Of a stretch of DNA of 64,000 nt, positions 40,725 to 50,488 are shown piece after piece (the stretch's first letter is position 1; each line of letters starts with the position of its first letter). Under the pieces are notes generated by a model. The model saw only the letters and a list, made by a program, of their open reading frames with translations, searched no databases and was not told the DNA's origin. Where the stretch lies: positions 32,001 to 96,000 of the forward strand of contig CAWBOS010000010.1 of NCBI GenBank assembly GCA_963790475.1, in the 5' to 3' direction. Origin of the DNA: an uncultured delta proteobacterium. Lineage in GTDB: Bacteria > Desulfobacterota > RBG-13-43-22. The position numbers and the translations under genes were made by a program.

Positions 40725-41135
40725 CTATTTCCGCTCAGTCGGATAATTCGCTCCATCCCATTCACGCCAGCCCCCTTTGAGGGCGTAGACCTTTTTGAAT
40801 CCCAGACCGATAAGTTTCTGTGCCACACTGGCACTAGTCGCCTCATCTTGTCAGGCGCAATAAAGAACGATAGTTTTTTCCTTAGAATATTTCTTCGCCC
40901 AGGATTTCACCTTGGATGGGTCCGGATCTTCCCGAACCGACCCTTTGATTTGCTTCACGCTCATTTTCCGGTCAAAGAAGGTCCGGACATCAATAACCAC
41001 CACCTCCGGATTCCCAAGCATTGATTTGAGTTTTTCCTTGCTGATGCGGGGAACATCCAGGGCGAAAGCCGTTACCACCCAGATCCCCAAAGCCATAAAG
41101 GCCATCACCATGCATACCATCGCCTTCCTTACCAT
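40725..41135 (-). CDS. Secreted rhodanese-like selenoprotein, copy 1 (TGA 40851-40853 = Sec)
   Basis: Signal peptide, VVIDVR, IVLYCA-U-QDEATSA.VAQ.L...GFKKVYALKGGW.EW..A.YPTE.K to TAG 40725; the rhodanese C-terminal signature lies after the TGA. Confidence 0.9.
40820..40834 (-). promoter_or_regulatory. Putative SECIS apical hairpin
   Basis: GTGCCA-GTG-TGGCAC starting 16 nt after the UGA; lower stem GATGAG/CTTATC. Confidence 0.7.
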
Positions 41136-41344
41136 CCCTTTGCCTGCCTTTCTTGATCGCCTGGAGGGCAACCTAAAATATGAGAAATAAGAGCATGGGT
41201 GCTTTTTAATGGAACACCCTTTTTTCTCCCAATGCATTTACTTTAATCACGATTTTTTTAAAAACAAGTTGTTAAAATATCCGGAATATGATTTCCTGAT
41301 ATTTTTAATGAAAGCTCACCTCTTTTTACTATTATCCTCTTAAC

Positions 41345-41866
41345 TTAAGAGGTTACCTTTGTTGGCTTGGCCCTTTTCTTTCGTTTGAGGGGGAGGCTTA
41401 CTTCATGAGATAAAATAAGGTGGGGGAGAGTACCCTCGGCACCCAGAATGGAAACCAACCTTTTCAGCCCTTTACTAACCTCCTTCAGTTCCCTTAGCGG
41501 TGTTTTTTCCAACCCCATCACCAATAAGCCCTGAGCCACTTCCGGGGCAGAGGCCACCAGTTTTTTCCCCTTTGGGGTCAATTCCACCCAGACAATCCGA
41601 CGGTCTTCCTCTGACCTGGTTTTTTTTATCAGGCCATGAGCTTCGAGGCGGTTGAGTATTCCGACCACGGTTGCCGGGTGAAGATACATCCGGCGGGCTA
41701 ATTCTGAAACCATCATAGGAGCGGTTTCTGCCAGGATCTTAATGGCCCAAAGCTGGGAGCTGGTAAGCCCGGTATTATGCTCGACCCGCTTGGAATATTC
41801 CTGGATCACCTGAAAGACCCTTCTTAAATCATCAATGGTATCGGCTATCAATTCCGACTGGGTCAT
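41345..41866 (-). CDS. MarR family transcriptional regulator, copy 1
   Basis: GLT..QLW, SELARRMYLHPATV.GIL.RLE..GLI...RS.EDRR.V.V.LT.KG. Confidence 0.92.
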   Translation of the reverse strand: MTQSELIADTIDDLRRVFQVIQEYSKRVEHNTGLTSSQLWAIKILAETAPMMVSELARRMYLHPATVVGILNRLEAHGLIKKTRSEEDRRIVWVELTPKGKKLVASAPEVAQGLLVMGLEKTPLRELKEVSKGLKRLVSILGAEGTLPHLILSHEVSLPLKRKKRAKPTKVTS

Positions 41867-41915
41867 TTTTTCATCCTTATGAGAAAATCCTTGACATCAC
41901 TTTTGGGATATATTA

Positions 41916-41929
41916 ATTGGTATACCAAT
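41916..41929. promoter_or_regulatory. Putative MarR operator
   Basis: Perfect 14-bp palindrome ATTGGTATACCAAT in the divergent intergenic region, next to TTGACA (41891); conserved in copy 2. Confidence 0.6.
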
Positions 41930-42428
41930 CATTTTTATAGAAATCAATGCTATTGTTCTTGAGATTATTTTGTTATAATTCATATGAGGAGGTGAATAAA
42001 AAGGCTCTCGTTTAAGCCATTGAAGAAGCTGATGGAGGCCCTGTAGTCCTGTTTTTCCATATTTAATTTGTCATGGTGAGAGACTATATTATGCAAAAAA
42101 TACTGTCTTTTTTTTTGAAAGATACTCTCTCCATGTTATTTATTTTACAGTTCTTTTAAAATAGATTGGGGGTAAAAAGTGTTCTGAGACCTCTTGCAGA
42201 TGTAACTTTCCAAAAAAAACCGCAAGGGAATGGTAGAGAAATCCAAAGCCATATCAACATTGATCAAAGTTATCGGCAATAAAGGGGGGAGATTCGGGAT
42301 TAAGTCTGGCGGAAGCGAAGGCCCAAAAGGCCGGACTTTCAGCCGAAAGGTTGGAGATCGCTGCTGATTGTGTAGAGCGCGCCCCAAAAAAAAGCATTTT
42401 ATTTTTATTCCAAAGGGAGGATGGCATC

Positions 42429-43007
42429 GTGAAGACAAAGCAAATCAGTTTTTGGACATTGATCCTGGTGTTAATTATTTCCGGTCTTTTTCTTTTTTCT
42501 TGCAGTAAAACCAAGGAAGTCAAAAAAGAAGAACCTGTTTCCAAACCTCCAGCCGTTGTTAAGGAAGGAGCGGAAAAGCCTAAGGTACAGGTTGGCCCCA
42601 GTGACCGGGAATTAAGGGAAAAGGCCCTGAGAGAAGAAGAGGCCAGACGATTAAAAGAGGCAGCGGAAAAGGCCAATTTTGAATCCGAGGATGTCCATTT
42701 TGAATTTGATCAGGCAATCTTATCAGAAACGGACAAACAAATTTTGAATAAAAGAGCCAAATGGTTAAAAGATAATCCGGCGGCCAAGGCCTCGATCGAA
42801 GGTCACTGCGATGAAAGAGGAAGTGCGGAATATAACCTGGCTCTGGGTCAGAGAAGGGCCGATGCGACCATGGCTTACATGACTTCTCTGGGTGTCGAGG
42901 CCAGCCGGCTTTCAACGATCAGTTACGGCAAGGAAAAACCACTGGATACAGGACATGATGAGGCTGCTTGGGCCAAAAACCGCAGGGCTCATTTTGTCTT
43001 GAAATAA
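42429..43007 (+). CDS. pal: Peptidoglycan-associated lipoprotein (OmpA-C domain), copy 1
   Basis: Lipobox LFSC, VHFEFD, IEGHCDERGS.EYN.ALGQRRA, ISYGKEKP, KNRRA. Confidence 0.9.
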   Translation: MKTKQISFWTLILVLIISGLFLFSCSKTKEVKKEEPVSKPPAVVKEGAEKPKVQVGPSDRELREKALREEEARRLKEAAEKANFESEDVHFEFDQAILSETDKQILNKRAKWLKDNPAAKASIEGHCDERGSAEYNLALGQRRADATMAYMTSLGVEASRLSTISYGKEKPLDTGHDEAAWAKNRRAHFVLK

Positions 43008-43058
43008 GCTATTATTTTTAAAAAAAATATTAAATCTATTTTCCTTACCTGCACCGAT

Positions 43059-43097
43059 TAGCCGAGAAGCCCTCCGTGGTTTCTCGGCTATTTTTTA
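43059..43097 (+). terminator. Rho-independent terminator
   Basis: TAGCCGAGAAGCC..GGTTTCTCGGCTA followed by T7. Confidence 0.8.
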
Positions 43098-43102
43098 TAG
43101 GT

Positions 43103-43170
43103 TCAAGATCCGGAAGCCGGTAACCTTGAAGTTACCCCTGCCAAAGAGTTCGGACAATGGGATTATCGGG
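43103..43170 (+). pseudogene. Fragment of a second molybdopterin oxidoreductase gene
   Basis: GCCGGTAACCTTGAAGTTACCCCTGCCAAAGAGTTCGGA resembles 40085-40125. Confidence 0.7.
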
Positions 43171-43236
43171 GCCCTGTAAATGGGATAGAATTTTTTACAG
43201 GGTTATCCAATTCAGTTTGCCCAGGGAGATCCGATT

Positions 43237-43941
43237 ATGACCAATGAAAAAATTCTGGTAATTGAAGATGAAGAAAAGATTTCCAGTATCGTCAAATCTT
43301 ATCTGGAGCGGGAAGGGTTTACAGTCACCCTGGCCGATACCGGACAGAAGGCACTCCAGTTGATCAAAGGAGGCCATGATCTTATCATCCTCGATCTAAT
43401 GCTCCCGGATATGGAAGGGGAAACTTTATGCGGTCAGATAAGAGAATTTTCCGATGTGCCGATAATCATGCTCACGGCTAAAAGTTCGGAAGATGAGAGG
43501 GTGAGAGGATTGGGTTTAGGGGCCGATGATTACGTGATCAAACCTTTCAGCCCAAGAGAACTGGTGGCCCGGGTCAAAGCCCATCTGAGACGATCGGAAA
43601 AAAAGGAGGGCAAGATTTTGTCTTTCAACAAGGGTTTGCTCAAAATCAACCCCTTGGCGATGGAAGTTCGAAAGGGAGATAAAACCATACCTTTTACATC
43701 CACGGAATTCAAAGTATTGCTATATCTGGCCCAAAAAGCCCAAGTGGTGGTCAACCGGTTTCAGATAGTCAATAAGGTCCTGGGGTATGAATTCGAGGGA
43801 TACGACCGGGTCATCGATGCCCATATCAAAAATATCAGGCATAAAATCGAAGAAGATTCACAGAACCCCCTGTTTATAAAAACCGTTTATGGGGCCGGGT
43901 ATAAATTTATTGGTCTGCCGGATGATGATATGAGGTCATGA
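43237..43941 (+). CDS. OmpR-family response regulator
   Basis: ILVIEDE, ILDLMLP, PIIMLTAK, GADDYVIKPF, wHTH DRVIDAHIKNIRHKIE, TVYGAGYK. Confidence 0.93.
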   Translation: MTNEKILVIEDEEKISSIVKSYLEREGFTVTLADTGQKALQLIKGGHDLIILDLMLPDMEGETLCGQIREFSDVPIIMLTAKSSEDERVRGLGLGADDYVIKPFSPRELVARVKAHLRRSEKKEGKILSFNKGLLKINPLAMEVRKGDKTIPFTSTEFKVLLYLAQKAQVVVNRFQIVNKVLGYEFEGYDRVIDAHIKNIRHKIEEDSQNPLFIKTVYGAGYKFIGLPDDDMRS

Positions 43942-45299
43942 TGCGGACAAAACTGTTCCGATCCTTTCTGATCGTAATCCTGGCCGCGTTGTTATCCGGT
44001 TTTATTTTTCAATGGCTGATTATTAAGGACTTTGACAACTACGTCAACGGGGTGAAAGAAGACCAGATTCGCTGGATCCGCGCTTCGCTGGAAAGCTCCT
44101 ACTTAGGCGGGCAATGGGACAAAATGGCCTTATCCGAGACTATCCATTGGGCTATGATGTTAGGGCTGGACCTGAAGATCTTCGATTCCCAGGATCGGGA
44201 AATTATCACCTCCCAAATGGTTATGGATACCGTTTCGGAAATAATGAAACATCAGATGGCCGAGCTTTACCTCCAAACTTCCCTGAAGGAAAAATATGAT
44301 CGGCAATTTCTCTACTCTAAAAATCAAAGGATAGGAACGCTTTTGTTCCGACAGCTTCCCAAAAAAGAAATTATAAAAAAGGAAATTGTATTTAAAAAAC
44401 GGATTCAAAACTTTCTTTTTGTCTCTCTCCTGATCGCTGGTTTTGGAGCCTTGCTTTTGGCCCTGATCTTCAGCCGGTATCTTTCCAAGCCGTTGACCGA
44501 TCTAAAGGAGGCGGCTCAAAAAACCGCCGGGGGGGATTTTTCTGTCCGAATACCCCTTAGTGCCGATCAAAAATCTGATGAGATAACCCAGCTTTCTGAA
44601 ACCTTTAATTTCATGGTATCTTCCTTGCAAAAAGAAGAAGAATTGCGAAGGCACCTGCTATCCAATATCCATCATGAGCTGAGGACCCCCCTGACGATCA
44701 TGAAAACCCATATCGAGGCCATGGCCGACGGGATCGTTACCGATCAGGAAAAAGGATTGGAAGTGCTCAGAAATGAAACAGAAAAACTGATTAGATTGGT
44801 CAAAGGCATTGAGGACGTTACCGTAGCTGAGGCGAGCTTTCTTAAACGCACCCAAAAAACACAAATCAATGTCAAAGATTTCCTTTCCGGGGTGGTTGAT
44901 GGGCTGGCTCCGATGGCTCAAGAAAAAGGACTCTTCATACGAATGACCAAGAGTATTGATCTTATGGTTTCTACTGACGTAGAGAAGCTGGAAATCATAT
45001 TGCAGAATATTCTTTCCAATGCCCTTAAATTTACCGATAGAGGGGGAATTGAGATTGGGTACGGAAAAGAGAGAAGATCCTTTTGGATTGAAATCAAGGA
45101 TTCGGGAAAGGGCATCCCGGAAGATAAAATACCCTTAATCTTTAATCGCTTCTATCAAATAGGGCCTACGAACTTTCAAGGGTCCGGCATCGGGTTGGCC
45201 ATTGTTAAGGACCTGGTAACCGCCCTGGGCGGGACCATCGAGGTGGAAAGCAAGCTTCAAAAAGGAACAACATTTAAAATGGTTTTTCCGGTATCTTAG
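43938..45299 (+). CDS. HAMP sensor histidine kinase (BaeS/CusS-like)
   Basis: Two TM helices, HAMP, HELRTPL, NILSNALKFT, DSGKGIP, GSGIGLAIV. Confidence 0.92.
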   Translation: MMRTKLFRSFLIVILAALLSGFIFQWLIIKDFDNYVNGVKEDQIRWIRASLESSYLGGQWDKMALSETIHWAMMLGLDLKIFDSQDREIITSQMVMDTVSEIMKHQMAELYLQTSLKEKYDRQFLYSKNQRIGTLLFRQLPKKEIIKKEIVFKKRIQNFLFVSLLIAGFGALLLALIFSRYLSKPLTDLKEAAQKTAGGDFSVRIPLSADQKSDEITQLSETFNFMVSSLQKEEELRRHLLSNIHHELRTPLTIMKTHIEAMADGIVTDQEKGLEVLRNETEKLIRLVKGIEDVTVAEASFLKRTQKTQINVKDFLSGVVDGLAPMAQEKGLFIRMTKSIDLMVSTDVEKLEIILQNILSNALKFTDRGGIEIGYGKERRSFWIEIKDSGKGIPEDKIPLIFNRFYQIGPTNFQGSGIGLAIVKDLVTALGGTIEVESKLQKGTTFKMVFPVS

Positions 45300-45311
45300 C
45301 CCCAGCTAAAT

Positions 45312-45351
45312 CTTCACAATTTCTTCACAAAGTATGCATAATTTCTTCACC
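45312..45351 (+). promoter_or_regulatory. Putative OmpR-family binding array
   Basis: Half-sites CTTCACA, CTTCACA, ATGCATA, CTTCACC at exact 11-bp spacing; same array at 47714. Confidence 0.65.
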
Positions 45352-45405
45352 CTTTTTTCTTATCCTAAGATACATCAAAAATCATTCACTCGGAAGGAAT
45401 GGGTT

Positions 45406-45864
45406 ATGAAAAAAAGATTTCGAGTATTTTTTGTGGCCTTAACGTTGGTTATTGCTTTGATAGCCGGCAGCGGTCTGGCTCTGGCCATGATGGGCGGTGG
45501 GGGCGGAGCTGGAGGTGGCATGGGTGGCGGCGCCGGAGGAGGAATGGGTGGCGGAGCCATGGGTGGTGGTCCCGGGGCCGGAATGGGCGGAGGGGACATG
45601 AGCGGCGGTCCCGGATCTGGAATGGGCACTTCCATGGGGATGTCCGGTACCCAAGGTATGACCGGGACTACCTCCGGCCCAGGATCTTCCATGATGGGAC
45701 CCCAAAACGCAATGACCGGTCAGGGAATGGCCACCTCCCATATGTCCGGTAACCAGGGCATGACCGGGACTATGTTTGGTCAAGGCACTTCCTTGATGGG
45801 ACCCCAAAACGCAATGACCGGTCAGGGAATGATCCCCTCTCACAGCCAGGGAGGCGCGAAATGA
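45406..45864 (+). CDS. Secreted Gly/Met-rich low-complexity protein, copy 1
   Basis: Signal peptide ending ALA-MMGGG; GGMGG repeats; 34-aa (102-bp) internal duplication containing MGPQNAMTGQGM. Confidence 0.75.
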   Translation: MKKRFRVFFVALTLVIALIAGSGLALAMMGGGGGAGGGMGGGAGGGMGGGAMGGGPGAGMGGGDMSGGPGSGMGTSMGMSGTQGMTGTTSGPGSSMMGPQNAMTGQGMATSHMSGNQGMTGTMFGQGTSLMGPQNAMTGQGMIPSHSQGGAK

Positions 45865-45944
45865 AAATCATATGACAACCGGTCAGGCCGCTGGGGATCA
45901 TAGCAGTAGAGGATTCATACCCCTAAGAATGGAGATGAACTGAC

Positions 45945-46589
45945 GTGAGAAAGAAAATTATATTCCTGATAACAGGTCTTTTGTTAGGTCTTGGGTATAT
46001 TCCGACCCTGATGGCTGAAGAAGGACCGGTTCTAAACAAAGAGTATCAACAAAGCTTCGAGACTTCTTATGCCAAGGCCTTAAACAACAAATATGACGAG
46101 GCCATAGCTCCTCTTCGAAAGCTGATTAAAAAATATCCTTCCGATTACATAATGAATGTAAGGCTGGGTTATTTATACTTTCTTAAAGGGGACTTCAAGG
46201 CCTCGGTCGATTACTATGAAAAAGGTGTTCAAATCAAATCCAAAGCAGTAGAGCCCTATCAGGGCATTCTATTACCCCTCATGGGCCTCAAGAATTATAA
46301 AGAGTCCATTAAGTGGGGGCAGAGGGCCCTTATAGTAGATCCTTTCAACTACACGGTTTTAAGCACCGTAGCCTATGCCTGTTATCTAAACGGGGATTAT
46401 AAAAGAGCTACTTTTTATTACTTGAGACTTACCGAGCTCTATCCCTCCGACGTAACTATGCGTGTCGGGCTGGGTTGGTCCTATCTGAAAGCCGGGGACA
46501 AAATGAAGGCCCAGAAGGAATTCATTCAGGTGCTCAATTTAAGCCCGACCAATCAATTGGCCTTCACCGGGTATGATCTTTCTAAATGA
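45945..46589 (+). CDS. Secreted TPR-repeat protein
   Basis: Signal peptide; TPR-like helices LGYLYF.KGDF..S..YY, LGWSYLKAGD..KA..EF. Confidence 0.8.
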   Translation: MRKKIIFLITGLLLGLGYIPTLMAEEGPVLNKEYQQSFETSYAKALNNKYDEAIAPLRKLIKKYPSDYIMNVRLGYLYFLKGDFKASVDYYEKGVQIKSKAVEPYQGILLPLMGLKNYKESIKWGQRALIVDPFNYTVLSTVAYACYLNGDYKRATFYYLRLTELYPSDVTMRVGLGWSYLKAGDKMKAQKEFIQVLNLSPTNQLAFTGYDLSK

Positions 46590-46786
46590 TTTTAAAATAC
46601 TGTAATAATTTCCAAATAATACAGTGTTTATCCTATTTATTTGTCCAGGCATTTTTATGATATTGAATAGCAAAAAGGGGAAATAATATGAAAATCAAAT
46701 TTATTTTTAGGGTTAAATGAATCCGTTTTTTTAAACTATTGATTAATAGGAAAGGGGCTTAACCTGCAGGAAAAAAAGGAGGAATT

Positions 46787-47167
46787 ATGAACAATCTTAA
46801 AGTATTAGTCCTGGGAATTACTGTGCTGGCCCTGTTGGTCTTTTTGTCAGCTTGTGCCACGGCCACCCCCTCAACTCAGGCAAAAGCCACCATTACAGCC
46901 AAATCCGGAGATATCGTCCATCTCTTCCATGGAGGAAATAAACTGGCCAAAGAGGAATTTTGCCCTGACGAAACCGTACCTGTATATCGCTATTTCGGCA
47001 GCCGCTGGAAGGAAGCCAGACCGGTGGGCAAAGTCAAGGTCACCCAATACTTGGGTGATCATTTCATTGAAGGGAAGGTAGTCGAGGGAAATCTGAAGGA
47101 CGGTGACGTGGCCATAAAACCCAACAGCGCTTGTATGATAAGGATCCCGGAACCCGAAAATAAATAG
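46787..47167 (+). CDS. Hypothetical lipoprotein
   Basis: Lipobox LSAC; AGGAGG RBS. Confidence 0.75.
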   Translation: MNNLKVLVLGITVLALLVFLSACATATPSTQAKATITAKSGDIVHLFHGGNKLAKEEFCPDETVPVYRYFGSRWKEARPVGKVKVTQYLGDHFIEGKVVEGNLKDGDVAIKPNSACMIRIPEPENK

Positions 47168-47289
47168 AAGCAGGTGATATTCTGCTTTGATAGTCCGGGA
47201 ATTTTATCTGCAGACTATCCGGCCCTTATTGAAGGAGTAGGCCCGTGACAACAAGGTCCTGGTCATTTACTATGAATATCCTTTGAATA

Positions 47290-47658
47290 TCCACAGCAGA
47301 AAATCCCTTACAGTTTGCGGTCGCTGTCGAAGGATACCAATTATTATCTCCTGGCTCAGTTATCTGGGTGGTCAAGATTCTTCCCTGGCTGGAGATAATT
47401 TTAGGAATAGCCCTGTTCAGCGGCATCAAAATTCGATATATGGCCGGCTTTGCCGTTGCCTTTCTCGCCTTTTTCATCGGAGTCATGTTGGTGACTTATC
47501 TCCGGGGCATTGAAGCCGATTGCGGTTGTTTCGGAATAGGAGAGCGAATCTCACCTTTTACGCTGGTCCGGGATACCCTTTTCATTCTACCGGCCTTATT
47601 TCTGGTTGTCCAACCCTGGCTGGAATTGCGTCGATGGTTAAGGGGGCAAGGGCGGTAA
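47290..47658 (+). pseudogene. MauE/DoxX-family membrane protein, 5'-truncated
   Basis: NP.QFA.AV.GYQLL, LPWLEI.LG, RGI..DCGCFG; first TM helix and start are missing. Confidence 0.65.
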
Positions 47659-47713
47659 ACAGGCCGATGAGACCCTTTAGCAAATCATTCTAAGCCCCTT
47701 CCCCGGAAAAAAA

Positions 47714-47753
47714 CTTCATAATTTCTTCACAAAGTCAGCATACTTTATTCAAA
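47714..47753 (+). promoter_or_regulatory. Putative OmpR-family binding array, copy 2
   Basis: CTTCATA, CTTCACA, CAGCATA, ATTCAAA at 11-bp spacing; TATAAT at 47763. Confidence 0.65.
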
Positions 47754-47805
47754 TTTATCTCTTATAATTTTTCTAAAAATAACAACTTAAAAGGAGGAAG
47801 TGGCA

Positions 47806-48210
47806 ATGAAAAAATTATTTTTAGTAACCTTTGTGATTAGCATGATGGCTGTCTCTTTGATAGCCGGAAATGGCCTTGCGCTGGCCATGATGGGCGGCGG
47901 GGGTGGAGGTGGCGGCGGCATGGCTGGCGGCGCCGGAGGAGGAATGGGAGGCGGAGCCATGGGTGGTGGTGCCGGGGCTGGCATGACCGGCCCGGGGAGC
48001 ATGTCCGGAGGTGACGGCACTTCCATGGGTATGAGCGGTAACCACGGCGGGGCCGGTACGATGCCCGGCCACGGCACTTCACAAATGGGAACCCATAGCG
48101 GAATGTCCGGTCGGGGAACCACAACCAATGCTCATACCCACAGTGGCTCGACTGGGAATCATACGGCTGGCAGTCATTCCGTGGCGGGTCCTTACGGAAC
48201 GACTAATTAA
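47806..48210 (+). CDS. Secreted Gly/Met/His-rich low-complexity protein, copy 2
   Basis: AGGAGG RBS, signal peptide ALA-MMGGG homologous to 45406; His-rich C-terminus. Confidence 0.75.
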   Translation: MKKLFLVTFVISMMAVSLIAGNGLALAMMGGGGGGGGGMAGGAGGGMGGGAMGGGAGAGMTGPGSMSGGDGTSMGMSGNHGGAGTMPGHGTSQMGTHSGMSGRGTTTNAHTHSGSTGNHTAGSHSVAGPYGTTN

Positions 48211-48297
48211 TTCCGGTTTCAGTGGGACAAGCCAGCTTGATTATCACCCACGAAGCAATTCATAAAGTGGAAGATAAGAAACCAAAAATCTTTCAAA

Positions 48298-48326
48298 CGG
48301 CAGGAAAGGGGAATCCTTTCCTGCCG
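48298..48326. terminator. Terminator-like hairpin
   Basis: CGGCAGGAAAGG-GGAAT-CCTTTCCTGCCG; A-run follows, so the U-tail is on the minus strand. Confidence 0.6.
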
Positions 48327-48519
48327 ACAAAAAAGTAAAAAAGCTTTTAAGAGTATCCAAAGGCCCAAGATCTTTTATGCCCGCCGATGTTTCCAGGGTA
48401 AAATGAAATCCCTCAATCGACTTTGTCCTTGCTTTTTAGGTACCCCTTCTTGATAATATTCCTCAGCTTTTAATCAACTTCTGTTTGAAGAGCTGGGGAA
48501 AACAAGGAATATTTCAAAA

Positions 48520-50349
48520 ATGACCGCCGAAAGAAAATGTCTTCTCGCACCCGGGACCATTCTCAATGACAAATGGATGATCATGGACCTCATCGGAAAA
48601 GGGGCCATGGGAGAGGTCTATCGAGCCCATCAATTAAACTTGCAGCGGGATGTGGCTATAAAGATCGTTTCCAGAGAATGGCTGCGAACAGCGGAAGAAG
48701 AGGGCCTGGAGATTGAACCCATTATTCAAAGGTTTCGCCGGGAATTTCAGGCCATGGCCCAGGTCCGACACCCCAATGCCCTTCAAATCTATGATTATGG
48801 GACCTGCTCAATTCTGAAAGACGAAAAAGAAGTGGACGTCGAATTCATTGTCATGGAGTATATCCCCGGGGCCACCTTACGATTCACCATGTCCGATGAG
48901 GGTTTTGAGCCGGATGAAAAACTGATAAAAGATTGGATAATAGAATATTTTTTTCCCGTGCTCGAAGGGGTTCAGGCCTTGCATACCCTGGGGATCGTCC
49001 ACCGGGACCTCAAGCCGGAAAATGTTCTCTTGGACGGAACTATTCCCAAGATTACTGATTTTGGACTGGCCCGTTCCACCCGCCTCAAACCCCTTTCCCA
49101 AACGGTAGATTCCCAGGGGACATTAACGTATATGCCTCCTGAACAATTTGTTGATTTCAAAAGAGTGGATCAGCGAGGCGACATCTTTTCTTTGGGAAGG
49201 ATTCTTTATGAGGCTATAGCCGGGAAAATCTCCAAAGAGACCATTCCCTTTAAAACAGTAAAGCTGGCCAATCCCAATACCCCGTTTCTTGAAAAGCTAG
49301 ACAAAATCATCCAATGGTCCACCGCTGAAGAACGGGAACAGCGTCTGGATTCGGTTGAAAAAATGGGCCAATTGCTTAAAGAAGCCATTCAAGAATTAGA
49401 AGCGGAATCAAATAAACCGGATATAACGGCTTTCCCGGCAGCCGGTCCCTGGTGGGCCCATCCCCAATGGATCTGGATTGGAATTGCCCTTGTTCTTGTT
49501 ACTGTTTTAGGAATGACCTTTTGGCACCTGTTTGGGAACCCCGGTCAGACAGACCGGTCGGCGAAGGAAGGAAAACCAGCACCACAAGCCGTTGAAAGTC
49601 CTCCCGCATCTTCTTCGGTCCAGGGATTGCCTAAATCTATAGTGGGGGAAGACGGAATGACTATGGTTTTGATCTCCGGAGGTTCTATGCCCGCGGTTTC
49701 CGGAGTGTCAAATGGGTCAATAAGAAGTGGGCAAATGAAACCCTTTTATATGGATGAGACTAAAGTAACCTTTCAGCAATATGTGGAATTTTTGAATATA
49801 GAAAAAAAGAATTTGAAGATTGAAAACGGGTTGCTCAAGAGCAAAGGGCAAGTCTGGTATCTAATTGGAGAGGCAAACGAGAATTATAATCAAATTATCT
49901 TTGAACATGGGCGTTTTCATGTTCGCGATCCCCAAAAAGCATCTCAACCGGTAGTTCGGGTAACCTGGGGTGGAGCTGCCGCCTATGCTAAATATTTTAG
50001 AAAACGTCTCCCCACCGAGCTGGAATGGGAATACGCCGCTTCTTTGAATAGACCCAAAGGGATTTCTCCATCTTCCGGGCCCTCCAATAAGGAAATAGAA
50101 ATTAAGGACCTATATGGAAAAATCAATGAATGGGCTATTCGGGAGATGGATTTCCAGGAAATGGGACGGACCGCTCTCACAAAAAAGCCTTCTCCAATAA
50201 TTTTCCTTGGGCTATCCACTTCTCAGGGCAAATTGCTAAGACGCCCTTCCTTTCCTTGGGAAGGACACTGGGATGTGGGGTTTCGTTGTGTTCTCGATAT
50301 AACGGAAAACGAGAAGGTCGAGAAAAAGGTGCTGACTGAGAAAAAGTGA
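48520..50349 (+). CDS. Membrane Ser/Thr protein kinase with periplasmic FGE-sulfatase (SUMF1-like) domain
   Basis: IGKGAMGEVY, VAIK, HRDLKPEN, DFG; TM helix; PVVRVTW..A.AYA, RLPTELEWEYAA, VGFRCV. Confidence 0.9.
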   Translation: MTAERKCLLAPGTILNDKWMIMDLIGKGAMGEVYRAHQLNLQRDVAIKIVSREWLRTAEEEGLEIEPIIQRFRREFQAMAQVRHPNALQIYDYGTCSILKDEKEVDVEFIVMEYIPGATLRFTMSDEGFEPDEKLIKDWIIEYFFPVLEGVQALHTLGIVHRDLKPENVLLDGTIPKITDFGLARSTRLKPLSQTVDSQGTLTYMPPEQFVDFKRVDQRGDIFSLGRILYEAIAGKISKETIPFKTVKLANPNTPFLEKLDKIIQWSTAEEREQRLDSVEKMGQLLKEAIQELEAESNKPDITAFPAAGPWWAHPQWIWIGIALVLVTVLGMTFWHLFGNPGQTDRSAKEGKPAPQAVESPPASSSVQGLPKSIVGEDGMTMVLISGGSMPAVSGVSNGSIRSGQMKPFYMDETKVTFQQYVEFLNIEKKNLKIENGLLKSKGQVWYLIGEANENYNQIIFEHGRFHVRDPQKASQPVVRVTWGGAAAYAKYFRKRLPTELEWEYAASLNRPKGISPSSGPSNKEIEIKDLYGKINEWAIREMDFQEMGRTALTKKPSPIIFLGLSTSQGKLLRRPSFPWEGHWDVGFRCVLDITENEKVEKKVLTEKK

Positions 50350-50488
50350 CGGCCGAGAAAAAGGATGTCAAAAAAAGAGAAGGAGCCAACTATCCGGCTA
50401 AGGCTCCCTTGGGAGTAGTTCCCCAAGGAAACCAGCTTCCATCATTAAGGCGAAAGTTCGGTTGAGCTTTCCCGGAATAGTTTGGACA

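Noticed and set aside
45406-48210. Gly-rich proteins as RiPP or bacteriocin precursors
   Set aside because: They have Sec-type signal peptides and no adjacent modifying enzymes or peptidase transporter; the radical SAM gene at 25.6 kb is distant and anSME-like
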